A DNA stretch of 61,000 nt, counting the filler, from Sluysia triapertura (Eukaryota), in the NCBI GenBank assembly GCA_046118255.1. It is 5 parts of 5 records of this genome, joined end to end, with 100 filler letters (N's around TTAATTAATTAA, not from the genome) between each part and the next. Parts side by side here need not be neighbours in the genome. Positions count along the whole stretch, not along the records: positions 24,457 to 37,412 come from JBJNIA010069175.1; 4 more parts are not named here. One strand, given 5' to 3'. Position 1 is the first letter of the stretch. Each line of letters begins with the position of its first letter. A program made the translations under genes and the position numbers. Of this stretch, positions 25,483 to 37,512 are shown piece after piece. The notes beneath the pieces are model-generated. The model searched no databases and had not been told where the DNA came from. It was given only the letters and a program-made list of their open reading frames with translations.

Positions 25483-28400
25483 ATGTTACAGTAAAAATTA
25501 TCAAGCTGCTGTGATTAGTCATTTCGTGACATGGAACAATGAGAAAGGTATCGAGGGCGTCAATATCGGTTCTATACAGTTCAAGAAAGTCGTCTCGGTG
25601 AACAATGAGAAAGTCGGCATAGAAATTAAAACAATAAACAATATAGAACAATACAGTCTGACTAAAGGACCTTCAATAGAGGTAATTTGATCGAGTTGAT
25701 CGTTGTTAATAAACACACAATTGTTATCATTTTAATTCAAAATTCATTTGCAGAGCTCTCTTATAATTGGTCGAGACTCGAGAATCGATGTTAGTGGTTG
25801 GTTACTATGCACTGGTGTGGGTCTAATTCTTCCGTGGTTCTCCGGGCTCACAGTTTCCGACGTTGTGTTCAATAACTTTCTCGACAAGTCTTGTGTTCCA
25901 GTAAGTGGTACCAGTATATCTGGAACATGCACGAGTTTGTGTGGAGGATTTGTTACGAAATTCAGGTTAGTTTCAATTACTTAGTTCGTACTGCGTCGAT
26001 TTTCGCACAGTGCACAATTCATTCAATTTTGAATAATTCCTTTATACTTCTGTTTAATTGATTATTTTATCAAGTCTTAGTTATTTGAATTTCGCTTAAG
26101 TTGTGTAATATTCGACACAAACTTTATATATCGTTGCTGTCTCGATGAATTATATTCATGTTGCAGAAGAGGCTTCAATAAATTGATCTGATTGGCTATT
26201 GGATAATTGTTTAAGATTTGTGATAATGGATTGGTGCATAAGTTCGTGCGGTTTTTTACAATTATGAAAAATGCATACTGTCAAGAATAAAAACCATGCA
26301 AAAATTCCAGATAAAATGAATTATTAAATCATTAGAAAAAACCAATACCTCAGTCTCAATCAATGAGATATTCTCTGCCACAATTGATCACTTCTGTTAG
26401 ACTTCATAAAATGGACTGACTGGGGATCGAACCCAGGACCTTTCGCTGCGCAGTTCGATGCTCTACTACTGAGCTAGAATAGTCAACCATACCAAGTTTC
26501 ACCTTAGGCCTATATCCCAACACTTTCTTCCACCGTTCTGGCAGTTTGTCAGTCCCATGTTTGAAGAAGTTTGGTGATTTTTCATCGAAAAATTCAATTG
26601 TTATTGCTTCTTCGTTTTCAAATGTGAGACCAGAATGATGGTTCGACATGGAGCGGAAAAGATGAAAATCTGTTCATTTTTATCTACCTGTTCATTTTAA
26701 TGAGGGTAATGAAAGTGAAAGTTAGCCTAAAATGATTTAAATAGATAATTCAGCTGAACGAATTATCAGATATAATTCAAATGAGTTAAAACAAGAAGTT
26801 GGTGTGTTTTCTTTATAATAAATAAAACCGCACGAATTTATGCACCAACCCAATAGTATGATTGGAGAAGATCTTAAGAAACTTTATAATAAAAGCTTAT
26901 TAATATGTCAAATAATACTCAAAATTAGAAAAGTTTATTAATAACAACTAATAACAATAAAATCCAGTTTATTCGCAAACTGCGAACTCGTCAATCATCC
27001 ATTCTGTCAAGTGTGAGATACTTCATTATTTATTCAGCAAAATGAATTATACGAATTGTGTGAAGAAATTCAAATTCCGCTGGATTTATGATTTCATAAT
27101 TGAAGATGTGGATGGATCTAGTTCAACGACGGATTCTGAAGTTCCAGGATCGTGGATTCTCCCTTTCAGTAATTTGTACAACGCGATTTCGAAAACGTGT
27201 ACTAATGATATTACTAAAAACAGAGAGTACAGTGTATCATATCCTGGATCTACCTGTACAGCAGATCCCACACTCGACTTTCAGAGGATATCAGTGAAAT
27301 CAACCATGTCGTCTCTTTCTAGTCTAACAATCCGAATTTCTTATAATCAGTCGAATATTTATCAAGATTCGCTTTACAGTAGCTCGAGGCTAACCTTAAC
27401 ACCAGGCTGGATGGTTGTATTACCAGTTAACACGACCTACAACGTTAACTGGTTAGGTGCACCACCTTTTGTGAATCTCTCGTACGATATTCAATTAACA
27501 GATAAAAAAGTAATTTCATATACACTATTTATTAATGAATCAAGTAAATACCGGTTTCTCATTATTAATATTCGTCAAATATTAATTTATTATATCAATT
27601 CAATAATAAACATGGTCACTAGAAATTACACAAAAGTGAATACGACGATTTAATGCAGGCATAATTTTACAACCACAGTTATTGGTTATATATAATTAGA
27701 GTAATTATGACAGTAGGAATATTGATAATGTTAAGGTTTATTTTGTGTTTTATAATTATAGTTTTTAAAATAGATTCGAAAGAGATACTGTGGGCAGTGT
27801 AATCCTGTCGTGTTTTCAAAACCGGCTACGAAATGTTGTACGTTTTATAGGGTCGATCAGGAGTTACTGTGGTTAGGTGAATTTGTAAAGTCTGCTGAAG
27901 CTCATAATAATAACGTACATTAGTGATTAATAGTATTAATACTTCTTTTATATTTACTTTTAAAAAAACTACAAAATAATTATTATAAGATTTATAATTT
28001 ATAACTTATAATTGATGACTTATGATTACGAATATTATAATCATATAAAATCTAACTACCCATGACACGTGTAACTTCTACTGATCGAAAAAATTACTCT
28101 TCTTAAAAAGTTATCATTAGAGCATTTTCATTATATTCAAAGCTCATTGGAATAACTTGAAAATATTAAAAAATTATTGTTCATTGTTATTTATTTTTTA
28201 TTATACTGGCAGCCTTACAATTGGATAATATTTTGCCACTCGGTTTCCGAAACTCCAAGTCGAAATGTGTATGGATCACTTGTCAATTCCCCCATCAATG
28301 CCTCGTCAGATGCTCATCTATCTGCACATTATTCCGAAATGGAGCATAAATTATGCATTCTGTGTTAGTTCCACATTTATTTAAAATAATAACTTACTTC

Positions 28401-31400
28401 ATTCAGTCAAGTCGTCTTTTCCATCTTCTGTCAATATATATAAATGCAAATATCCCAATTGTGCTGCTTATCCACCAACGACGCTTCCACCACTTCCTTC
28501 AACTGATCCTTACATTCCGTGGTCAGACAATTCTCCGGTATGCTTATTTAAATTTTGCCAGAATTATTATTAATAATAATAATTATTATTAATAATAATT
28601 GATTGGATTTCACAGAAATGCATTATCGGTACTTCGGAATACGTAAAAGCCAATTTCTCGTATAACAATGCATGCCCCACATTGATTGTTCGTGGTAAAC
28701 TCGAATTCGTGCGACCCAACTCGAGGAATTCTTCGACACTGCTCGTGTGCAAAGTGATTCTCGTTGCAGGAGGTAAAATAATTGCTGGAAATAAGACACA
28801 TCCGTACACTGGACATTTGGAGATTCATTTGGATGGAGTAGTTGAAGATCCAGATCTTGTAACTGGTGTAACGTCAGCACCGATTGGTACGAAAGTTCTT
28901 GGTTAGTACAACTCATTGACTCATTTTACTTTTTGTTACTTTGTTTCATTTTTAGCGGTCTTCGGTCAACTGAAATTGTATGGTGCAAATAAATCGATCT
29001 GGTGGACTAAACTTAATACCACAGCAGAAGCAGGCTCCAAAGTGCTCAATCTAGTAGCAGACGTGTCTTCGTCGTGGCAGGTGGGAGACTCGATTCTGGT
29101 AGCAACCTCTCACTTCAGTCACAGAAAGTCGGAAGTCGGATTTATAGAAACTATCGATAAATCTGGACATAGAATAACTTTGACGGAGCCATTGAAATTT
29201 AATCATCATGGTTAGTAGTCGATTACATTTTCTCAATTATTTGATTGGATGCTAATGTATATGTTTTATTCAGCGATTATGGTGATGGTCGATGAAAGGA
29301 GTACTATCAAAATATCACCTGTTGTGGCTCTTCTGAATCGCAGCATCATTATTCGTAGCCACAACAAAGATAGATCTATTTATGAAAGTTTTGGAGGTAG
29401 AATAATGGTGTCGAAAATGTTTGAAAATGGTGTATCATATGCTGGTTCTGTAGTTCTTAGTGGTTGGCTTTAGATTTTCACTATTCCAATTGTAGAATTA
29501 TTATTATAATTATAATAATAATTATTATTATATAATTTTATGTCTAAATTGTATCAAAAACTAAGTAGTGATTCCAAATTGTCTCTAGTCGAAGTATTTT
29601 AAACGAGACCGCGGAAACTATATACTATTTTTATTAAGATATATGACAAATAGTAATATCATAGATGGTAACAAGAATAAATTTGAAACATGAAATTCGA
29701 ATTAGTCTCACAGATTATCTTTATTAAACGCGAATTTTACGGGGAAATTATCGATATTGAAAAACTGATTGATTAGTAAGATCTGTTAATTATTAAAGAA
29801 ATCATATATCAATCACGAGTCCGATCATTTTTAATTATAAAACAACTATATCATAAGTCAAATATTAGTGGTACAAACTAGGATCCAATAAGCTTCGTGT
29901 TAGAAGTAAATCGCAAATCAAAACTTGTTAAATCTGTCTACAGAATTTATATTATTCTCGTCCATTCACTTCCTCTTATGTATTACTTATTTCCATACCA
30001 CGAATTTATTGTTTTCTATAATTTAATTTTCTTATGTAATATTTGTGTTAGTTTATTCTATTTCTACTTTGATAAATTTGCAGATTTTTTATAGATTTTT
30101 ATCAGTCTGACACAATCAAGGCTATGTTTCTTGAGTTTCATTTTTATTTTCATCCTTTGTTTTTGATTCAGGACATCTCAATGTCTCTTTTCCGTTTGCA
30201 AGCTGTTTTATTTGAAATGTAACTCACATTTACACCCTCAAGGAAGATGTTTTCGTAGCATTTTCATGGATTTGAATTTGTTTTAATATTTAATCGGATT
30301 CTGTCTCTAAGTTTTCTGTTTAGTTAAGCTATAATTATTTCTCTAAATAAATTCTGTTACGAGAAGTTATTGCTATTGTTTAACTAAATGTTTGAGCTCT
30401 GTGAATAAATTTCCTTATATGCGATAATGTAACGTTTATTATCAGTGAGTCTTGAAAACCGCACTGATATTATCATTATTATTATTCAGGTGTGCAACTG
30501 GAATATATGGGTCAGTACGGTTACGTGAGCAGCTCTGATCCTCGATTTTCTATCAGTCTTCAATCTTTGCAAGATCTTGGTAACTCCAGTGTTGTGGAAA
30601 ATATCTCATGTCTCTACTCGTTCAGTCCTTGTGTGGGTGTGTTCGACACGAACTTTGTTACATTACAAAACAATGTCATTTTCAGTACCGTCGGGGAAGG
30701 TGTGGATTTACTTATTGATGAACTATTTATTAAAATTTAGTAAGGCCATTTAATTTGATACATTAAGCACGCTTTTCATTTAATTGTGTGATCTTACGAA
30801 ATTAGAAACAGATCCAAATTTGGATTCACTTGTATTATTTCAGATAATGTAACGAATTAATTTATTGGTCCAATCACACTTTGTCGGCTCATTCAGGATG
30901 AGATGATAATGAGGATGGTTACGGCACCGCTCCGATTTTTTGAATTGTGCTTCATCTATCAGAATATGACAATGCAGATAGATTTTTGATTCTAATTGTG
31001 ATGTTCCAACACTACGCAACCTGAGCACTGCTGGCGCACCTTATCACTCAATACCAAATTTAAAAATGCTTAATTGTTACTATTATTACTGCAACAAATT
31101 ATAATTATTATCGTTTATGTGATAATAATAACACAAGCCTATTATTATCTTTTTCACTTAGAATTCTTTATCATTTTGAACTGTGCCCCATTTAAATAAT
31201 AAAAACATCTCCTTGTTTAAATAGTCATATAATAATAGTTTGAATGGATGCACTTATCCGATTAATGTGATCGCACTTAAACACATTCTTGTAAAATACA
31301 CTTGTGAATTCTAGATGTCGATTAGATATTGTTTCCAGTTTGAGGCGTCGAATAATAAATGACTGAACAATTGATNNNNNNNNNNNNNNNNNNNNNNNNN

Positions 31401-32367
31401 NNNNNNNNNNNNNNNNNNNNNNNNNNNNNNNNNNNNNNNNNNNNNNNNNNNNNNNNNNNNNNNNNNNNNNNNNNNNNNNNNNNNNNNNNNNNNNNNNNNN
31501 NNNNNNNNNNNNNNNATTGTCATCACTATCTTCATTCTTTGTCATCATCATCATTATTATTGATTTGTAATTTCTGGTATGCATGTGAATCGATACAGTT
31601 TGTTTTAGTTATGAAGTTGTCGTTTCAAGTTTCACCATATTTAATATAATTCGTATTTAATATATTCACTGCATATTATTGGATACAATTCAATGTTGCG
31701 TGATTTGTAGATGCATCTTTCTATGATTCTATATATTATATATTTGTATACTGTTAGCTGCAATTTTGTGTATGCAGTTTTAAATTGTTCTGTAATGATA
31801 CTAAAAACAATGTAAGAAGGATGATAATAATAATAATAATAATAATAAAAATACTGATTGTTAACTGGAGAAACGAACTATTTGGGAATATTTTCGAATA
31901 GCCATAGTTTTGGCTATAAGAGAAGATTACTGTTGTCTGATCCACTTCGGGAAAAGTCCTGCTGTTATCGATTCGAACTTTCGGTAAGACTATTAATTTT
32001 CGGTTAAACTTATAAATAATTTTAAAACTTTATTGATAAAATTTGTTGTAACATTAAAATTATAGCTAGCGGGAATTGGGAATATAGTCATCACGTGACC
32101 AAATAATATTAGTAGAATAAACTATTATAAAATAAATTAAAGTGAAGAAAATTGAAGAAACTTTGTATGAAGTGATGTAAAATTGATAAAATTTGAGAAA
32201 GTATAGTTTTACACCATTTGAAAACAATTCCATTTCGGGACATCTGAGATGAGTATACGAATTCGAATAATTGACTAAGGTCCAAATTATAAGACGTGCG
32301 AAGTGAAAAAAGTTTAGACTAGCGCTATATAAAGATATAAATTTTACAATTCAAGTAATAAATTTTA

Positions 32368-32419
<52 letters not shown>

Positions 32420-35400
32420 TCTACATTTTCAATCACTTCACAGCCTACCACGTAAAATTTGATTCCATCATAAATAGATACAACTCTTGCCACATTTATA
32501 TCCGCTTTGTTAATTTGTATCTTCACTTTATAACCCTGACACTAATTCATGTGCATCCGCCTTGTTCATGTTTATTAGTGCTTGTCATTCATCCTATATA
32601 TTTTCCAAGTTGATTCTGTTCACTCTGTGACTCTTCATTCTTATTATTCTAGTCTCATTTTCTTTTAATTTCTTGTACGTTTTTTTTGAAATATTTCTTT
32701 CCATTTTCAATTTTCATGTTTTTCTTGACATTATTAAATTTCTTGGAGCACTTCGATAAACATTGTAAATCGATACTGTTAAAGCCTTGTTGTCTCGTTT
32801 ATTGTTGATTTTTTCTACTGTGTATAATACATAATATTAGATTGATGACTGGTTGTCTGTTATCCTATTAAATAATACTGCTACAATTAATTGAGATTTC
32901 ATTAAACTCCTATATTGAAAAATTAATGATGAAACAGCGATAAAATATCGAATGATCGTATTATTTACGGATGTTATTCAAATTAATACGTGGGGACAAA
33001 TTTCCCTAATAAAAGAGAAAAAAGATGAATGAGATTTATAAAGATAGAAGAAACACCAAATTTTATGAATGAGTCGATTTTTCCTTTTGAACTACATATC
33101 GTTTTTGAAACCATTTCATTTTGACAATTAAGCTATATAATGTTCTTATTGTTATATATGTGGTATTTATTGATTTGTGTAAAGTGAATGAACCACCACA
33201 ATCCTGTTGTAGCTTGACTTGATGTTTGAAATATTACATTATCTCACTTTAATTTATTTTGTTTTAATTGGTCAGCTATCAAGGTGTCTGGACAGAGTCA
33301 CACTGTCAAGAAGAACGTATTGGTACTCAGTAATTGGGAAGGGGGACATACTCGACCATCTGATGGAATAAATACTGCTTCCAATAAAACCGTGTGGAAT
33401 GCAGCCTTAGACTTATCTCAAGTAGGCAGAGGTCCAAGCTTAACCATAGTGACGGACAATGTAGTAGCTGGTGCTGAACGAATTGGAATTCTGTTACCTT
33501 TGATAAGTTGTGCGAATCCGAACATCGTAATGTGAGTTATGAAAAACATGTTATAATGTTATCGATTATGTTACATAATTGATTGTCAATAAATAATTTA
33601 AAATCATGTTATATTATTTCGCTTGATTTATCTGATACAATTAATTGATCAATGAAAACATACATTTTTGATGGGTCGATAATTCAGGTCCAATAATACA
33701 ATCTATTCCGTTCTTATTGGGGTTGTGGTAATAAACAGTTCCATCGGTGATTCAAATTCGTGTTGTCAAATATCTGGAGTTACTATTTATCGGGCCTTTG
33801 ACTTCGGCATCTATTACCAGTCATCCAGCAGTTTGTCAGTCGCGGATGTCACTATTCTGGAATCTGGAGTAGGTTAGTCGGAAGGATAATTTAAAATGGT
33901 GTTGTTTTTATAAAGATAGACTATAAATCAATTTAAGATGATTGAGTGAATTTGTTGTCAAGTGCTCATCCAATAGTATATCATTATTAAGTCCTTGTTT
34001 GAAATTTCTTCATTATTTAAGGGATCTCATCATTCATTTTTGACCCACCCACTCCAAGTCACAAAGTTAGTAATAAATACTTTTCTGTAAAACGATCAAT
34101 TATTGGTGGACAAACTGGCCAATTGGATTGTTCAGATGTAGTAGATGAAGATGTATTACAACCTTCAAAGAATTCTCGATCATTCCGAACACCGAGTAAT
34201 GGATTCTGTGGAATAGCGTCTGGAATGTTTTTGAGTAAATTTAATGGTGCTCCTAAGGAACCCTATAACAGTATGACGTCATATGGAGCAATTGGAGGCA
34301 GAACAAATATTGAAGGTATTTCGTTATTTCAGTTGAGTTTTATATTTGTTCAGATATAACATTCATTCATTTTAATTCCTTGTGTCCTAATATGAACGAT
34401 GCTGCTATTGTCGGTAACAAAGTTTCTGATGACGTAATACATCCCATCTACACGAAAAATCTCAGATTCTTCAATTCCCCGTTGTCGAACAGAATATACA
34501 TCCCGCGATCGAATTCGAGGTAAATCGCTTATTATATTACTAATCAATAAATATTCCTGTTTAGTAAAATCAACCAATCAGATTGTATAGATATGGATTG
34601 TGGCGCGTCGAAGAAGATGTTGATTAGAGATCTCGATGGAAGTATTGTAGGAACGGATAAATATTCGTCTATTTTCTCCGAAGTAGAATTTGAATTGGAC
34701 GAGGATGCTCGAAGAGGTCTGGGATATTATCGATTACCAAGTGCGATGAAGACAGACGCGTCTAACATTGTTGAGAAATATCCATATAGAGGTTAATAAT
34801 ATTTTATGGATTCGGCTTGATTTGTTATTGAAACAATGGAACTTTATGAAGTAATACGAACATTTCTTATGATATTGAAACAATGGAACATTATGAAGTA
34901 ATACGAACATGAAAAACTTGGAAAGAAAATGAGTCGAATTTTGATCACTTCATAATCTGTCCCATCCCATACGTTATTTTATTGGTTGTACTTATTCTCA
35001 TAAAATGATTGATCAATTAAAAAATGATTTTCTTCCTTGATAAAATAACTATGAAAATAAATGAGTAATTACATTATAGGCATAATTCGAGCAAGTAGCA
35101 ACTGCCAACTGTATCAGACATGGCACGCGTATCACTGTCCCAACTCGGAATATGAAATGCTCATCATAGAATCCATGGATCCGGATACAGAAACTCGTCA
35201 ACTGAGTCCTGTAGCTCTTGCTACACATTACGAAGTAAACGTGTTTTGTTAAATATAATATTTATTTTGTCCTAGGCTAATAACAACACCGTGGATTTAT
35301 TAAGCGGTCGTCAAAGTTACGAAGGGTGCTCTGGTTACACTTGTCAGAAAAGAATTAGCACATTTGCGGATATTGTTCCTCATAAATTCATTGTGCAAGT

Positions 35401-37330
35401 CTATTTTTCTTTTGCAGCTCCTCACGTTCTCAGATTGTTCTTTTTGAACAATGCTACACAATTGCCTTTACTGCGACTTGGACTATTCTATTCTTTTCCA
35501 GCCCAACTCGATGTGTACCGCAACAATAAATATGTTAAACCACTCAATGCTTTTTACGACGCTAATAAAGTGAGTTTCTGATCAAATATTTTCATTCATG
35601 TATTGATTCGATACGTATTCAGAAACTTCGATATAAACCAACTCAAATTCGTAACGAATACATGCCAAGTTTGGAGGCAACTAGTCATGCGATTGGAGAC
35701 AATGTCTTCAACGATTCCAATAAAATCCAATATGTTTTAATTGGTGGAACTGATATTATTGAAATTAGAGCAAGTCCGATTATTAAATTGGGCATGTTTG
35801 TCGTTGGAATAACAATTAGTCTATTCTTCGAAGACAACATCGATTCTAAACTTGCAATTTTTCTGGGGGTTAGTTTAATTCATTTCATTTTATTTTATTT
35901 TATACTAGATTCCGAATGACAATATTCGAATTGACAAAGTAACTCCTCTCATCGACGGAGTAAATTGTTTTGCGGATTCTTCGAATTCTTCTGGAGTTTA
36001 TGCTCAAATATTGATTACTAGTGGATCAAAGCAAGATAATTCGACTCCTTACAGTACTGAAATGATGGAGCAATATCGAATTTTATTGAAGGAAGTTCAA
36101 ACAAAGCTAGAAATCGGAATCTTGATCGGCAGTATGGCGAAAGGTAAGCATCTATTCAACATGCATAGTATACAAATATTTTATTCAGCTTTAAACATCT
36201 CAATTTGTAAAATAACCATTTCTGTCCCGATTCCTGCTGCTGGGACTGCCGAGTGGAACCAGATTGCTGCAGACACATCTGCACAGAATTCTGTTGTTAC
36301 TCTGACAGCTCCGGTGGTCCATCGGGTTAAATTTGTGGGCGATCTCGAAGAAGGGTCTTCATTGCAAGTACACGTAGAAGCTTGGGACCTATCAGTGAGC
36401 ACTGTTTTGTCGAATTGTTAAAATTAATAATGTATTTTTAGGGACAACACATTAATACCATGGCAACTAAATCTGTTATATTTTTATCAAAACTCACTAT
36501 TACAGATCCTCTGACAATGACCACGGTACACAGCACAAGTATTATATTTAATAACAAAGATGGATGGGCTATTTCTGGATCGATATATTTGAATTATATA
36601 CCTACAGCATATAAAGTACAAGTGCAGGTATTATTATTATCGTTATTATTTCGTTTTTACTATCATTGTTATTATTAAACACTGCAGATCGTGGTGCTAA
36701 TACAAGATGCGTCTTCCACACAAGCATACATCAACAAGGATCTGACAATCAGAAAAAAATCATTCAATTTCTTCCTCTACACGGACGCCGCCGCCCTCTC
36801 CGCAGTCACTGTTAAGACACATGCCGTATTTCTCAAATGTTTTATTCTGGACAAATCTACGAACAAACCGGTTCAGAATATAAACTGGAATGTAAGAAAA
36901 ATTATTCGTTTTATTAACAATGTCGAATGTCTTATTTATCGAATTGTTTGTCCTCATTCGATACTTGCGACACCGAATAATAAATCATTGAAGTACAATC
37001 GATGCAGAATAATTCACGAATCACGAATTACAATACAATGCATTAGAATTATATCTTTACAATACTAAGATGACTTCCAATCAAACTTTCCTTAATAATT
37101 TATTTATTTTCAACAATCATTCGATATTTCTTTTTCAGAACCACAAATGGACAGTAACATTCAAGCTCTGTTACCATCCTTACACTGATGTTAACTGGAC
37201 CAATGCAAAGAGCTTCGATTTGCCGAGTTCCGGTGAAGCTCAAGTTAATACAAGTATCTTATTTCTAAAAGCCGGTGCTTATAAAATATGTTCTTCAATA
37301 TCACTAACTTCTCCAGCAGAAAGAGCCAAG
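25483..37330 (+). CDS. PKHD1L1: Fibrocystin-L (PKHD1L1)-like gene, partial (beta-helix region, second G8 domain and C-terminal region)
   Basis: GT-AG exons read in phase: 25483-25681, 25754-25965, 27038-27509, 28213-28363, 28407-28537, 28616-28901, 28956-29210, 29274-29462, 30490-30699, 33276-33531, 33688-33872, 34022-34315, 34354-34519, 34565-34791, 35080-35234, 35276-35569, 35623-35868, 35909-36143, 36189-36394, 36442-36627, 36688-36891, 37139-~37330. Family motifs: TWNNEKGIE, CTSLCGGF, FRW..IIEDVDGS, G8 (LIVRGKLEF...GGKIIAG), WTKLNTTAEAGS, EYMGQ, DCIDMDC, IESMDPDTETRQLSPVAL, GYTCQKRISTF. The 5' part and final end are absent. Confidence 0.9.
26224..26855 (-). mobile_element. Internally deleted mariner element in a PKHD1L1 intron
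   Basis: ~30-bp TIRs (TTGGGTTGGTGCATAAATTCGTGCGGTTTT type) flanked by TA at both ends. Transposase C-terminus DFHLFRSMSNHHSGLTFENEE...FFKHGTDKLPERWKKV / INCGREYLID*. Confidence 0.93.
26395..26522 (-). mobile_element. Short TG...CA element with tRNA-Cys-like sequence (copy 2), nested in the mariner
   Basis: Minus strand TGTTGGGATATAGG...TAGCTCAGTAGTAGAGCATCGAACTGCGCAGCGAAAGGTCCTGGGTTCGATCCCCAGTCAGTCCATTTT...GTCTAACA. Flanks AAAG/GAAG form a 4-bp duplication with one mismatch; removing the insert and one flank restores the transposase frame WKKVINC. Confidence 0.85.
31376..31515. other. Intra-scaffold gap (140 N, no linker)
   Basis: Lies within a PKHD1L1 intron; the exon phase is continuous across it. 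Confidence 0.95.
32369..32418. repeat. (TAT)n microsatellite
   Basis: Direct reading. Confidence 0.95.
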
Positions 37331-37337
37331 TTACGAT

Positions 37338-37339
37338 AC

Positions 37340-37412
<73 letters not shown>
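37338..37412. repeat. (TAT)n microsatellite at contig end
   Basis: Direct reading; explains the poly-Tyr in the ORF track. Confidence 0.95.
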
Positions 37413-37512
37413 NNNNNNNNNNNNNNNNNNNNNNNNNNNNNNNNNNNNNNNNNNNNTTAATTAATTAANNNNNNNNNNNNNNNNNNNNNNNNNNNNNNNN
37501 NNNNNNNNNNNN
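37413..37512. other. Artificial contig spacer
   Basis: 44 N + TTAATTAATTAA + 44 N. Confidence 0.97.

Noticed and set aside
34826-34910. 47-bp tandem duplication (similar small ones at ~45925-46030 and ~53851-53895) as CRISPR-like or regulatory repeats
   Set aside because: Only two units, no unique spacers, eukaryotic context; ordinary slippage duplications.
25463-36957. Minus-strand ORFs over the PKHD1L1 exons (likewise plus-strand ORFs over HCF1 and pol)
   Set aside because: Antisense shadows of real coding regions.
24401-37468. ORFs with poly-L, poly-Y or X runs ending in LIN
   Set aside because: Translation through microsatellites, N gaps and the artificial linker.
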